Source: Steroidobacteraceae bacterium (GTDB lineage Bacteria; Pseudomonadota; Gammaproteobacteria; Steroidobacterales; Steroidobacteraceae). Taken from it: a DNA stretch of 56,563 bases. Of the stretch, positions 16,730 to 26,399 are shown piece by piece (position 1 is the stretch's first letter; each line of letters opens with the position of its first letter). The stretch spans positions 1 to 56,563 of the forward strand of contig JBOHZO010000159.1 in assembly GCA_050738555.1 (NCBI GenBank), written 5' to 3'. The notes under the pieces are model-generated. The model did not search any database, was not told where the DNA came from, and saw nothing but the letters and a program-made list of their open reading frames with translations. The translations under genes were made by a program, and so were the position numbers.

Positions 16730-17418
16730 CCTTCGTCGAACAGCTCCGCCAGCTCGACTTCAAGGACATCGGGCGCTGGCCGTTCGCGTTCCGCGCGCTC
16801 GGCATCCTGATCGTGCTCGTCCTCACGACCACGTTGCTGGTCTGGTATTTCGTCTGGGGCGAGAGCGGCAACCGGCCCGAGCTTCTAAAGGCGGAGGCCG
16901 AGCAGAAGTCCTTGTGGGCCACCTTCGACCAGAAGCAGCGCAAGGCCGCAAACCTCGAGGCTTACCGGCAGCAGCTCGCGGAGATCGAGCGCACCTTCGG
17001 CGCGATGCTCCGGCAGCTCCCCGGCAGGACCGAGGTGCCTTCCCTGCTCGTCGACATCTCGCAGACCGGACTCGCGGCGGGGCTTCAGGAGCGCCTGTTC
17101 CAGCCGGGCGGCGAGTCCAAGATGGATTTTTACGCGGAGCTGCCGATCAAGATCCAGCTCACCGGCGGGTTCCACGAATTCGGCCTGTTCGTGTCGGGGA
17201 TAGCGGCGCTGCCGCGCATCGTCACGCTGCATGATCTCGAGATCACCCGCGGCTCCACCCGCGGCGCGGGGCGGCGCGGCACGCCGGCGCCGTCTGACGA
17301 GCTGACGCTCAACCTGACGGCCAAGACTTACCGCTACCTCGACGAGGACGAGACCGATTCGGCCCCCGCGGAAAAAGCCAAGCCGAAGACCCGGCGCGAA
17401 CGGGAAAAGAAGACATGA
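16726..17418 (+). CDS. pilO: Type IV pilus assembly protein PilO
   Basis: 230 aa. TM plus coiled coil plus ferredoxin-like domain. ATGA overlap with pilN. Has an unusual charged C-terminal tail (EKAKPKTRREREKKT). Confidence 0.85.
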   Translation: MTFVEQLRQLDFKDIGRWPFAFRALGILIVLVLTTTLLVWYFVWGESGNRPELLKAEAEQKSLWATFDQKQRKAANLEAYRQQLAEIERTFGAMLRQLPGRTEVPSLLVDISQTGLAAGLQERLFQPGGESKMDFYAELPIKIQLTGGFHEFGLFVSGIAALPRIVTLHDLEITRGSTRGAGRRGTPAPSDELTLNLTAKTYRYLDEDETDSAPAEKAKPKTRREREKKT

Positions 17419-17930
17419 GCCAGGAACGCATGCGCAAGATTCTCACGGCTGCCGGCCTCGCCGGCACGCTCGCGCTCGGTGGCTGCGGGGACGGCCTCGA
17501 CGATCTGCGCGCCGAGATCGAGGCGGCGAAGCAACGGCCGGGCGGGCGCATCCAACCCCTGCCGGAAGTGCGGCCCTATGTCAGCCATGAATACCAGATG
17601 GCCGACCGCCGCTCGCCGTTCCTCCAGAGCCTCGCCGGAGAGAATCCGAGCGGGCCGCGGCCGGACGTGCAGCGCCCGCGCGAATACCTCGAGCAGTTTC
17701 CGCTCGACACGCTGAAGATGGTCGGTACGCTCCGACTCGGCAGCGGGAATTACGCCCTGGTCCAGACCAAGGACGGGCTGATTCATCGCGTCCTGCCCGG
17801 CAATCACCTGGGCCAGAACGACGGCCGCGTGATGACGGTCGGCGAGGCGCGCGTCACATTGATCGAGATCGTTCCTGACGGGCTTGGGGGCTATATCGAG
17901 CGACCCGCCGCACTGGCGCTCGCCGACTGA
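17415..17930 (+). CDS. pilP: Type IV pilus lipoprotein PilP
   Basis: 171 aa with lipobox LALGGC. Positioned between pilO and pilQ. Confidence 0.85.
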   Translation: MSQERMRKILTAAGLAGTLALGGCGDGLDDLRAEIEAAKQRPGGRIQPLPEVRPYVSHEYQMADRRSPFLQSLAGENPSGPRPDVQRPREYLEQFPLDTLKMVGTLRLGSGNYALVQTKDGLIHRVLPGNHLGQNDGRVMTVGEARVTLIEIVPDGLGGYIERPAALALAD

Positions 17931-17948
17931 TTTCTGGGAGAAAGTCTG

Positions 17949-20120
17949 ATGGCTGGCAACAACCGGACTACGGTGTGGAATATGGACACGGCACGCAGCT
18001 TCCTGCGGCTCGTGGGCGGCGCATTGGTCATCCTGGCCATTGCGTGGTCGCAACTCGCACAGGCGCAGGGTGCGGTGCGGCTGACCGCAGTCGAGGTGCA
18101 GCCGATGCAGGGTGGAACCCTGCAGATCAGGCTGCGCACCGACGGCGTCGCGCCCCAGCCGCTGACGTTCACGATTGATCGCCCGGCACGCCTGTCGGTC
18201 GATCTGCCTGACGTCGCGCTCGCGCTCGAGAACCGGCGCATTGACGTCGGAACCGGCGGTGTCGACACGATCGTCGCGGCCGAGGCCACGGGCCGCACGC
18301 GCGTCGTGTTCAACCTGGATTCCCTCGTTCCGTATACGGCGCAGGCCAGCGGCGACAGCGTCATCGTGACCCTTGGTGCCGGCGCTGCCGCCTCGCAGAC
18401 GGCGTCGACCGCGGCCCCGGCGGGCGCTGTCGCAGCGTCCGCGGGCCCGCGCAGCATCACGGGCGTCGATTTCCGCCGCTCGGCGGAAGGCGCCGGCCGC
18501 GTCGTGATCCAGCTCTCGGACCCCTCGACGCCAGCGAGTCTCCGGCAGGAAGGCAATCGCATAATCGTCGACTTCACCGGCGTCTCGATGAGCGAAGACC
18601 TCATGAAGCGCTATGACGTCGTGGACTTCGCGACGCCCGTGACGATGTTCGACACCCTGCGCGTCGGCGACAGCGCGCGGCTCGTCGTGACCGCGACGGG
18701 CGACTACGAGCAGCTCGCCTACCAGACCGACAACCAGTACGTGGTCGAGGTCAAGCAGCGCCCGCGCGCCACGGCCGCGGTCGCGCAGAAGGACAAGGTC
18801 TATACCGGCGAGCGCCTCACGCTCAACTTCCAGGACATCGACGTGCGCCCGCTGCTGCAGCTCCTGGCCGACACCAGCGGACAGAACATCGTGGTGTCCG
18901 ATTCGGTCAAGGGCCGCGTGACGCTCAGGCTCCAGAACGTGCCCTGGGACCAGGCGCTCGACATCGTGCTGAAGACCAAGGGCCTCGACATGCGCCGCAA
19001 GGACAACGTGATCCTGGTGGCGCCGCAGGCGGAGCTCGCCGCGCAGGAGAAGGCGGAGCTCGAAGCGCAGAAGGACATCCAGGAGCTGGCGCCGCTGCGC
19101 ACCGAGTTCCTCACCGTCAACTACGCCAAGGGGTCCGAGATCGCGCGCCTCATCAAGTCGGCGGGCGGCGGCTCGCTGCTGTCCAATCGCGGCAACGTGA
19201 CGGTGGACGAGCGCACGAACACGCTGCTCGTGCAGGACACGGCGGAGAACCTGACCGCGGTGCGCTCGATGGTCGCGACGCTCGACATCCCGGTGCGCCA
19301 GGTGCTGATCGAGTCGCGCATCGTGATCGTCAACGACGACTTCAGCCGCGAGCTCGGCGTCCGCGCGGGTTTCACGCGGGTCTCGGACGAGATTGGCGAC
19401 CTGATGGCGGTCAGCGGCAGCGCGACCTCGACCGATACGATCATGGGGTCGGCGCTCGACAACCTGGCGGCGAGCGGCCAGCCGTTCCCGGTCGAGGTGC
19501 CGTTCGGCCCGAACTTCGACCGCTACAACGTAAACATGCCGGTCGCGAACCCAGCGGGCCGGATCGCGCTCTCGATCCTCGACTTCGACGACTTCCTGAT
19601 CGACCTCGAGCTGTCGGCCGCGCAGAGCGAAGGCCGCGGCGAGATCAAGTCGACCCCGCGCGTGATCACGGCGAACCAGCGCGAGGCGATTATCGAGCAG
19701 GGCGTCGAGATCCCGTACCAGGAGTCGGCCTCCTCGGGCGCGACGACGACACAGTTCAAGAAGGCCGTGCTGTCGCTCAAGGTGACGCCGCAGGTCACGC
19801 CGGATGACCGCGTGATCCTCGACCTGACCGTCACCAAGGACAGCGTCGGCCAGCTCGTGCCCTCGGCGACCGGCGGCTTCGTGCCCTCGATCGACACGCG
19901 TAACATCCAGACCCAGGTGCTCGTCAAGGACGGCCAGACGGTCGTGTTGGGCGGCATCATGGAGACGGAGCGCCGCGACGCCGTGAGGAAGGTGCCGCTC
20001 CTGGGCGACGTGCCGGTGATCGGCAACCTGTTCAAGACCAAGAGCAAGATCAACAACCGCGACGAGCTCCTGATCTTCGTGACGCCGAAGATCCTGCGCG
20101 AGGGCTCCACGATCGAGTGA
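17949..20120 (+). CDS. pilQ: Type IV pilus secretin PilQ
   Basis: 723 aa. Two AMIN-like N-terminal repeats and a secretin C-domain with VPLLGDVPVIGNLFK. Confidence 0.95.
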   Translation: MAGNNRTTVWNMDTARSFLRLVGGALVILAIAWSQLAQAQGAVRLTAVEVQPMQGGTLQIRLRTDGVAPQPLTFTIDRPARLSVDLPDVALALENRRIDVGTGGVDTIVAAEATGRTRVVFNLDSLVPYTAQASGDSVIVTLGAGAAASQTASTAAPAGAVAASAGPRSITGVDFRRSAEGAGRVVIQLSDPSTPASLRQEGNRIIVDFTGVSMSEDLMKRYDVVDFATPVTMFDTLRVGDSARLVVTATGDYEQLAYQTDNQYVVEVKQRPRATAAVAQKDKVYTGERLTLNFQDIDVRPLLQLLADTSGQNIVVSDSVKGRVTLRLQNVPWDQALDIVLKTKGLDMRRKDNVILVAPQAELAAQEKAELEAQKDIQELAPLRTEFLTVNYAKGSEIARLIKSAGGGSLLSNRGNVTVDERTNTLLVQDTAENLTAVRSMVATLDIPVRQVLIESRIVIVNDDFSRELGVRAGFTRVSDEIGDLMAVSGSATSTDTIMGSALDNLAASGQPFPVEVPFGPNFDRYNVNMPVANPAGRIALSILDFDDFLIDLELSAAQSEGRGEIKSTPRVITANQREAIIEQGVEIPYQESASSGATTTQFKKAVLSLKVTPQVTPDDRVILDLTVTKDSVGQLVPSATGGFVPSIDTRNIQTQVLVKDGQTVVLGGIMETERRDAVRKVPLLGDVPVIGNLFKTKSKINNRDELLIFVTPKILREGSTIE

Positions 20121-20169
20121 CCGCGGCGGACCCGGCTTGCGTCCGGGCCCGGTTCCCATGCACAGTCAC

Positions 20170-20197
20170 ACGGCCGCCTTCGGGCGGCCGTTTTCTT
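20170..20197 (+). terminator. Rho-independent terminator after pilQ
   Basis: acggccgcc-ttcg-ggcggccgt stem-loop followed by ttttctt. Confidence 0.8.
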
Positions 20198-20204
20198 GGT
20201 GCCT

Positions 20205-20291
20205 TCTCAAAAGGGGACGTTCACCTTTACCTGATCACCCTGCTTCCGCGAGCAGGCTATAGTCGGTAAAGGTGAACGTCCCCTATTGAGA
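20205..20291. repeat. Dispersed palindromic repeat, locus 2: 26-bp inverted repeat (1 mismatch) with a 35-nt spacer
   Basis: tctcaaaaggggacgttcacctttac (20205-20230) and gtaaaggtgaacgtcccctattgaga (20266-20291). The right arm ends on the base before the aroK ATG. Confidence 0.9.
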
Positions 20292-20816
20292 ATGTCCGAC
20301 CCGGCACCGAACAACGTCTTTCTGGTAGGGCCCATGGGTTCCGGCAAGACCGCGGTCGGGCGCCAGCTCGCCCGGCGCCTCGGTTTGCCTTTCGCCGACA
20401 GCGACGTGGAAATCGAATCTCGCACCGGTGTCGACATCGCCTACATATTCGAACGCGAGGGCGAAGCGGGCTTCCGGATCCGTGAGCGCGACGTGATCGA
20501 CGCATTGACGAAGACCGAGGGCATCGTGCTCGCGACCGGTGGCGGAGCGATCCTCCTGCCGGAGAATCGCGAACGGCTCGCCGCGCGGGGGACCGTGGTT
20601 TTTCTCGACACGACCATCGACCAGCAGCTGCAGCGCACCCGCCGGAGCAAGCACCGCCCGCTGCTGGCGGCCGCGGACCGCCGCGCGAAGCTCGAGGAAC
20701 TCGCCCTCGCGCGCGACCCGCTCTACCGCTCGATCGCCGCGATCACGATCAGGACCGATGGACGCGCGCCCGGCGCGGTCGCGGGCGACATCGCGCGGGC
20801 CCTGAAAGGCTCCTGA
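20292..20816 (+). CDS. aroK: Shikimate kinase
   Basis: MSDPAPNNVFLVGPMGSGKTAVGRQLA, with the Walker A motif. ATG at 20292 is preferred over the TTG at 20286. Confidence 0.92.
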   Translation: MSDPAPNNVFLVGPMGSGKTAVGRQLARRLGLPFADSDVEIESRTGVDIAYIFEREGEAGFRIRERDVIDALTKTEGIVLATGGGAILLPENRERLAARGTVVFLDTTIDQQLQRTRRSKHRPLLAAADRRAKLEELALARDPLYRSIAAITIRTDGRAPGAVAGDIARALKGS

Positions 20817-20818
20817 GA

Positions 20819-21898
20819 ATGCAGCGCCTCGAAGTCAAGCTCGGCCGCCGGGCCTACCCGATCCTGATCGGACCGGGGCTGCTCGCCTCGCCCGAGGTAC
20901 TCGCCGCGCATGCCGGGGCGGCGAAGCTGCTGGTCGTGACCGATGACGTCGTCGGCCCGCTCTGGCTGCCGAAACTGGAGCAGGGACTTGCGGGCCGCGA
21001 GTTCGAAGTCTGCGTGCTGCCCGGTGGCGAGGAGCAGAAGACGCTCGGCAACGTCGCGCTCATCATCGATGCGCTCGTCGCCGCGCGGCAGAACCGCGAC
21101 GGGATGGTGCTCGCGCTCGGCGGCGGCGTGATCGGCGACGTCGCGGGCTTCGCGGCGGCGTCCTACCAGCGCGGCATCGCGATCGTGCAGCTCCCGACCA
21201 CGCTGCTCGCGCAGGTGGACTCCTCGGTCGGCGGCAAGACCGGTGTCAATCACCCGGGCGGGAAGAACCTGATCGGGGCCTTTCACCAGCCGTCGGCCGT
21301 CATCACCGACACCGAGACGCTCGCAACTCTGCCCGAGCGCCACATGCGCGCGGGCTTCACCGAGATCGTGAAGGCGGCGCTCGTCGCGGACGCGGGGTTC
21401 TTCGCCTGGCTCGAAGCGAATGCCGCGCGGCTCCTCGGCCACGACGCCGCCGTGCTCGAGCAGGCGATCCGCCGCGCCTGCGAGATCAAGGCCGCGATCG
21501 TCGCGGAAGACGAGCGCGAGCGCGGCCGCCGGGCGCTCCTGAATCTCGGCCACACGTTCGGTCATGCGATCGAAGCGGGCGCGGGCTATGGCCGCGTGCT
21601 GCACGGCGAAGCCGTTGCCGCGGGCCTCGTTCTCGCCGCGGAACTTTCCGCGCGCTTGGGAAGGCTCGCGGGCGCGGATGCACGCCGGATCCGGGAACTT
21701 CTCTCCGTCGCGGGCCTGCCTGTCGATCCGCCGCGCCTCGGGCGCACGCGCATGCTCGATCTCATGGGCATGGACAAGAAAGTCGCGGGAGGGCGGCTTC
21801 GCCTCGTGCTCCTCGACGGCATCGGCCGGGCTACCGTCACGGCTGAATATCCGCGTGAGGCACTCGAATCACTCCTGGAAGAACGGGTGGGCGCGTGA
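20819..21898 (+). CDS. aroB: 3-dehydroquinate synthase
   Basis: 359 aa. LGGGVIGDVAGFAAA and HTFGHAIE motifs. Sits immediately after aroK. Confidence 0.95.
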   Translation: MQRLEVKLGRRAYPILIGPGLLASPEVLAAHAGAAKLLVVTDDVVGPLWLPKLEQGLAGREFEVCVLPGGEEQKTLGNVALIIDALVAARQNRDGMVLALGGGVIGDVAGFAAASYQRGIAIVQLPTTLLAQVDSSVGGKTGVNHPGGKNLIGAFHQPSAVITDTETLATLPERHMRAGFTEIVKAALVADAGFFAWLEANAARLLGHDAAVLEQAIRRACEIKAAIVAEDERERGRRALLNLGHTFGHAIEAGAGYGRVLHGEAVAAGLVLAAELSARLGRLAGADARRIRELLSVAGLPVDPPRLGRTRMLDLMGMDKKVAGGRLRLVLLDGIGRATVTAEYPREALESLLEERVGA

Positions 21899-23070
21899 GG
21901 AAGGGCCGCGATCCGGACGCCGGGCTTGCACCGTATGCCGCGCTCGAAAAGCACTCGCGCGGCCGCCGTCACCCGGAGCCGCCTGCCGACTACCGCGGCG
22001 AGTTCCAGCGCGACCGCGACCGCATCATCCATTCGAACGCCTTTCGCCGCCTGGTTTACAAGACGCAGGTCTTCATCAATCACGAAGGCGACATGTACCG
22101 CACGCGCCTCACGCATTCGATCGAAGTGGCACAGATCGGCCGTTCGGTTGCGAACGCGTTGGCGCTCTCCGAGCCGCTGACCGAGGCGATCTGCCTCGCC
22201 CACGATCTCGGCCACACGCCCTTCGGCCACGCCGGCCAGGACGTGCTGCACGACTGCATGCGCGAATACGGCGGCTTCGAGCACAACCTCCAGTCGCTGC
22301 GCGTCGTGGACGAGCTCGAGGAGCGCTATGCGGACTTCCGGGGCCTCAACCTCTGCTTCGAGACCCGCGAGGGGGTCCTGAAGCATTGCTCGCTCGCGAA
22401 TGCGCGCCAACTGGGAGAGCTGGGGACTCGTTTCCTCGAGCGGACGCAGCCGGGACTCGAAGCCCAGATCTCGGATCTCGCCGACGCGATCGCCTACAAC
22501 AATCACGACGTGGACGACGGTCTGCGCTCCGGGCTCGTGACGATCGAGGAGTTCCGGAGCGTCGGGCTCTTTGCACGCCAGTACGACGCGGTCATGGCGC
22601 GCTACGGCGAGCTGCCGGGGCGACGCATGGTGCACGAAATCATCCGGCGCATGATTCACGAGGTCGTGAGTGACCTGATCGAGGAAACCGCCCGCCGGCT
22701 GGCCGCGTCGAAGCCGGCCGACATCGATGCGGTGCGCGCGGCGCCGCAGCCGATCGTCGGTTTCTCCGGCCCGCGCGAAGCCGATCATCACCAGATGAAG
22801 AAGTTCCTGCGCACGAAGCTTTATCGGCACGAGCGCATGCAGGCGACCCGCGTGGGCGCGTCCAAGGTACTCGAGGGATTGTTCGGCGGCTTCATGCGGG
22901 ATGTCGCACGCATGCCGCCGGAACACCGTGACGCGGCGCTCGCCCAGGAATCCGCCTCCGGCACGGCCGGACGGGCGCGCGCCGTCGCCGACTACATCGC
23001 GGGCATGACGGATCGCTACGCATTCCAGGAGTACGCACGGCTCCGGGGGGAGGTGGAGCCCGCGAGGTGA
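21895..23070 (+). CDS. dGTPase-like deoxyguanosinetriphosphate triphosphohydrolase (HD domain)
   Basis: 391 aa. FQRDRDRIIHSNAFRRL, HSIEVAQIGRS and HDLGHTPFGH motifs. The GTG start overlaps the aroB stop. Confidence 0.9.
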   Translation: MRKGRDPDAGLAPYAALEKHSRGRRHPEPPADYRGEFQRDRDRIIHSNAFRRLVYKTQVFINHEGDMYRTRLTHSIEVAQIGRSVANALALSEPLTEAICLAHDLGHTPFGHAGQDVLHDCMREYGGFEHNLQSLRVVDELEERYADFRGLNLCFETREGVLKHCSLANARQLGELGTRFLERTQPGLEAQISDLADAIAYNNHDVDDGLRSGLVTIEEFRSVGLFARQYDAVMARYGELPGRRMVHEIIRRMIHEVVSDLIEETARRLAASKPADIDAVRAAPQPIVGFSGPREADHHQMKKFLRTKLYRHERMQATRVGASKVLEGLFGGFMRDVARMPPEHRDAALAQESASGTAGRARAVADYIAGMTDRYAFQEYARLRGEVEPAR

Positions 23071-23110
23071 GGCGCGACGTTTGATAGCATGGCAGCCTCG
23101 GGGAGACGGT

Positions 23111-23824
23111 GTGGCGAGAGCGACAGTACCGGCGCGCGAGCGCCTGATCTTTGCGATGGACGTGCCGACCGCGGATGCCGCGCGGCGGCTCGCGGACACG
23201 CTCGGCGATTCTGTGACCTTCTACAAGCTTGGCTTGGAGCTGTTCATGTCCGGCGGCGCGTTCGAGCTGCTGGACTGGATGGTCGGGCGCGGCAAGCGCG
23301 TGTTCCTCGACCTGAAGCTCTTCGACGTGCCGGCGACGGTCGCGGGCGCGGTGCGCAACCTCAGGAACCGCGGCGTGAGCTTCGCGACCGTGCACGGCAA
23401 CCAGACGATCATGGAAGCGGCGGTCGAGGCCGCCGGCGACGTCGGCATCCTCGCGGTGACGGTGCTGACGAGCCTCGATCGCGGTGACCTCGACGACCTC
23501 GGATTCCAGTGCGACGTGGAAGAGCTCGTGCTCTCGCGCGCGCGGCGCGCGCTCGCCGCCGGTTGCGCCGGCGTGGTTTCGTCGGGTCTCGAGGCGAAAC
23601 TCCTGCGCGCGGGAGTGGACGATCGCCTCATCGTCGTGACGCCCGGCATCCGCCCCGTGGAAAACCGGCCCGTCGACGACCAGAAGCGGGTCGTCGGCGT
23701 GGCCGAGGCATTCGGCAACGGCGCCGACTACATCGTGGTCGGGCGGCCGATCCGCGACGCACCCGATCCGCGCATCGCTGCCGAGGCGATCCAGGCGACG
23801 ATCGCCGGCCTGTTTCCGCGCTGA
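23111..23824 (+). CDS. pyrF: Orotidine 5'-phosphate decarboxylase; start uncertain (TTG 23081 or GTG 23111)
   Basis: LIFAMDVPT...[13 protein letters not shown]...VVGRPI are canonical PyrF motifs. Confidence 0.88.
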   Translation: MARATVPARERLIFAMDVPTADAARRLADTLGDSVTFYKLGLELFMSGGAFELLDWMVGRGKRVFLDLKLFDVPATVAGAVRNLRNRGVSFATVHGNQTIMEAAVEAAGDVGILAVTVLTSLDRGDLDDLGFQCDVEELVLSRARRALAAGCAGVVSSGLEAKLLRAGVDDRLIVVTPGIRPVENRPVDDQKRVVGVAEAFGNGADYIVVGRPIRDAPDPRIAAEAIQATIAGLFPR

Positions 23825-24903
23825 TGAGCGAATTGAAGAATGATCGCCTGTTGCGCGCGCTGGCGCGCGAGCCGGTCGATCGCACGCCCGTCTGGATCAT
23901 GCGCCAGGCGGGAAGGTATTTGCCCGAGTACCGCGCGACCCGCGCGAAGGCCGGCAGCTTTCTCGGGCTCGCCACGAATCCGGAGCTCGCCTGCGAAGTG
24001 ACGCTCCAGCCGCTCGCGCGGTACCCGCTCGACGCGGCGATCCTCTTTTCCGACATCCTGATGATTCCGCAGGCGATGGGCGTCGGTCTCGCCTTCGAGG
24101 AGGGCGAGGGACCGCGCATCGAGCGCCCGGTGCGTAGCGCCGCCGAAATCGACGCGCTCACCATGCCCGATCCATCCCGCGAACTGCGCTTCGTGATGGA
24201 CACGGTTTCGCTTGTGCGCCGCGAGCTCGCGGGCCGCGCACCGCTCATCGGATTCGCGGGCTCGCCCTGGACAGTCGCGGCCTACATGATCGAAGGCGGC
24301 GGCAGCCGCGACTTCCCGAAGTCCAAGGCGCTGCTCTACGGCGATCCGAAGGCGCTGCATCGTTTGCTGCAGAAACTCGCGCGCGCGACGACGGATTACC
24401 TGAACGCGCAGATAACCTCGGGCGCGCAGGCCGCGATGATCTTCGATACCTGGGGCGGGATACTGTCCACGCCGGCTTTCCTCGAGTTCTCGCTTCCGTA
24501 CATGGAACAGATCGCTGCCGACCTCGTGCGCGAGCGCGAGGGACGGCGCGTGCCCGTGATCCTGTTCACCAAGGGCGGCGGCGCCTGGCTCGAGCGCATG
24601 TCGATGACCGGCGTCGACGCGCTCGGCGTGGACTGGATGACGGAGCTCGCCGGGGCGCGTCGCGTCGTCTTCGATCGCGTCGCGCTACAGGGCAATCTCG
24701 ACCCCGGCGTGCTGTTCGCGCCGCCCGCGGCGATCCGCGCCGAAGTCGCGCGTGTACTTGAGAGCTATGGTCACGCCGCAGGCCATGTCTTCAACCTCGG
24801 CCACGGCGTGCAGCCCGGCGTTGACCCGGACCACGTTGCCGCGATGGTCGCAGCGGTACACGAGCTGTCGCCCGCTTATCACAAAGGGGACGCTCACCTT
24901 TAA
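23824..24903 (+). CDS. hemE: Uroporphyrinogen decarboxylase
   Basis: [42 protein letters not shown] overlap with pyrF. The last 6 codons plus the stop (KGDAHL*) are encoded by a copy of the dispersed repeat. Confidence 0.95.
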   Translation: MSELKNDRLLRALAREPVDRTPVWIMRQAGRYLPEYRATRAKAGSFLGLATNPELACEVTLQPLARYPLDAAILFSDILMIPQAMGVGLAFEEGEGPRIERPVRSAAEIDALTMPDPSRELRFVMDTVSLVRRELAGRAPLIGFAGSPWTVAAYMIEGGGSRDFPKSKALLYGDPKALHRLLQKLARATTDYLNAQITSGAQAAMIFDTWGGILSTPAFLEFSLPYMEQIAADLVREREGRRVPVILFTKGGGAWLERMSMTGVDALGVDWMTELAGARRVVFDRVALQGNLDPGVLFAPPAAIRAEVARVLESYGHAAGHVFNLGHGVQPGVDPDHVAAMVAAVHELSPAYHKGDAHL

Positions 24904-24938
24904 AGGTAAGCGTCCCCTTTCAAGTCAGCGTCCCCTTT
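24883..24938. repeat. Dispersed palindromic repeat, locus 3: tight 18-bp hairpin (1 mismatch, 2-nt loop) plus an extra half-site
   Basis: aaaggggacgctcacctt (24883-24900), ta, aaggtaagcgtccccttt (24903-24920), then cagcgtccccttt (24926-24938). It fills the gap between the convergent hemE and regulator genes. Confidence 0.85.
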
Positions 24939-26236
24939 CAGGTGGCGCTCGCCGCCGCGCCGCGGGGCTTTCCGCACTCCGTCATCATGGCCGTGAAGCG
25001 CGGATGCTCGCGGAGCGGATCGAACGACGGATCGTGCGCGATCCACTTGCAGTTGCCGACGGGCGACAACGGCACGCGCCGGAGATAGTCGAGCGCAAGG
25101 TCGAATTCCCCGAGCAGCGTCAGCGCGCAGGCCGCGTTGAGATTGACATAGGGCTCTTCCGGCTCGAGCGCCAGCGCCCGCTCCGTCCAGCGCCTCCCTT
25201 CCTGGCGGCGACCGAGGCCGGGGAGCATGCAGCCACCCAGCGAGAGGGACCGCACGTCATCCGGGCGCCGCCGCAGGGTCCGCTCGGCGGCTTTCACGCT
25301 CGCGGCGGCCGTGCGGCGGGCATCCTTGCGAAGCCCCAGCCGCTTCAATGAAAGCTCGCAGAGCGCCGACGCCTGGCAATCGAACTCGTCTGCGGCCGAC
25401 GCTTTCTCGTAGAGGCCCACGGCGCGGTCGTGCTCACGGCTCTCGGCGCAAACCCTTCCGTGGTAGTACCAGGCCTGGAACAGCCGCGGGCTAAGGCTCT
25501 CGGCGAAGGCGAACGCGGCATCCGCTTCCACGTAGTCGCCGCGCATCACCGCGACGTGCGCGCGGGCGATCTGCGACTCGGCCGAATCGGTTTTTCGCTC
25601 CAGCGCTTCCTTCATCGCGCGTATCGCGCCGTTCCAGTGATGCTCCAGCCGTTCCGCGTGGAGATACTGCAGGGAGTGGCTCGCTGCCATTCCTGCCCAG
25701 GCCCTGTAGTCGTCGGGATCAAATGCGAGCGCTGCGCGGAACATCTCGAGCGCATAGCGCTGGTTGCGAAGCCCGAAGCGGCTCAGGTAGCTGTTTCCCC
25801 GTCGCACCAGGCGATCGGTCGCGGTCGAGTCGATCCGTGACGAGTAGCGCACGCGCTTCCGACCGCCCGCGGGACCTCGGGCCGCGCGCATTGCGTGCGC
25901 GGCGCGCGGCGCGGCGGCGATCTCCTCGCAAGGCCCGACGAAGCGGTAGCCCTCCGTCCATCGCGTTTCGACATAACGGGCCGGGCTGGCCTGGTCATCG
26001 AGCGCCTTGCGCACCGTGCTGAGGCAGCGAGTCAGGGCGTCCTCGTAGACGTCGCGGCCGTCCCAGAATTGCTCGATCAGCTCCGACCGCGGAACGATCC
26101 GGTCGTGATGGACGACCAGGTAAAGCAGGACCTGGAACGGCCGGTTCGCGAGGTGAACGAGCTCGCCCGCGCACCGCCGCAGGCGGCGCGTCGCCGGCTC
26201 GATCTCGAATTCCCCGATGACGAATCCCTCGACCAT
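24938..26236 (-). CDS. Winged-helix (OmpR/CadC-type) DNA-binding regulator with C-terminal TPR repeats, no TM
   Basis: 432 aa. N-terminal FEIEPATRRLRRCAGELVHLANRPFQVLLYLV...YVETRWTEGYRF is a trans_reg_C-type domain. The remainder is TPR-like helical repeats. Confidence 0.8.
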   Translation of the reverse strand: MVEGFVIGEFEIEPATRRLRRCAGELVHLANRPFQVLLYLVVHHDRIVPRSELIEQFWDGRDVYEDALTRCLSTVRKALDDQASPARYVETRWTEGYRFVGPCEEIAAAPRAAHAMRAARGPAGGRKRVRYSSRIDSTATDRLVRRGNSYLSRFGLRNQRYALEMFRAALAFDPDDYRAWAGMAASHSLQYLHAERLEHHWNGAIRAMKEALERKTDSAESQIARAHVAVMRGDYVEADAAFAFAESLSPRLFQAWYYHGRVCAESREHDRAVGLYEKASAADEFDCQASALCELSLKRLGLRKDARRTAAASVKAAERTLRRRPDDVRSLSLGGCMLPGLGRRQEGRRWTERALALEPEEPYVNLNAACALTLLGEFDLALDYLRRVPLSPVGNCKWIAHDPSFDPLREHPRFTAMMTECGKPRGAAASAT

Positions 26237-26291
26237 AAGCCGCCGGAGCCTGACACAAGCCGTTGCGCGAAGCCGCGGTCCGGCGGATGAA

Positions 26292-26327
26292 TTCCGGTTT
26301 ATTTCAGCTTTTCTTCCGGTCTTCCGA
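26292..26327. promoter_or_regulatory. Direct repeats TTCCGGT (x2, 22 bp apart) plus TTCCGA: candidate winged-helix regulator binding sites
   Basis: ttccggt at 26292-26298 and 26314-26320, ttccga at 26322-27. They lie in the divergent intergenic region between the regulator and the DsrE-like operon. Confidence 0.3.
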
Positions 26328-26399
26328 CGGGCCAGGCCCCAGGATCGGCCAAAAGGCTACAGGGCCTGTCCACGACGCACAAGCACCGGGGAGACGAGC

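Noticed and set aside
17334-20159. 941-aa ORF on the minus strand
   Set aside because: It is antisense to pilP/pilQ, with Arg/Asp/His-rich composition and no recognisable domain. It is a high-GC shadow ORF.
21586-23199. 537-aa minus-strand ORF, and similar long antisense ORFs at 29392-30849, 35289-36785, 40017-41207, 41286-42443, 44225-45547, 45641-46825, 47464-48939 and 51185-52861
   Set aside because: Each lies opposite a gene with strong family motifs, lacks an RBS or any domain, and has the Arg/Ala/Pro bias of antisense high-GC frames.
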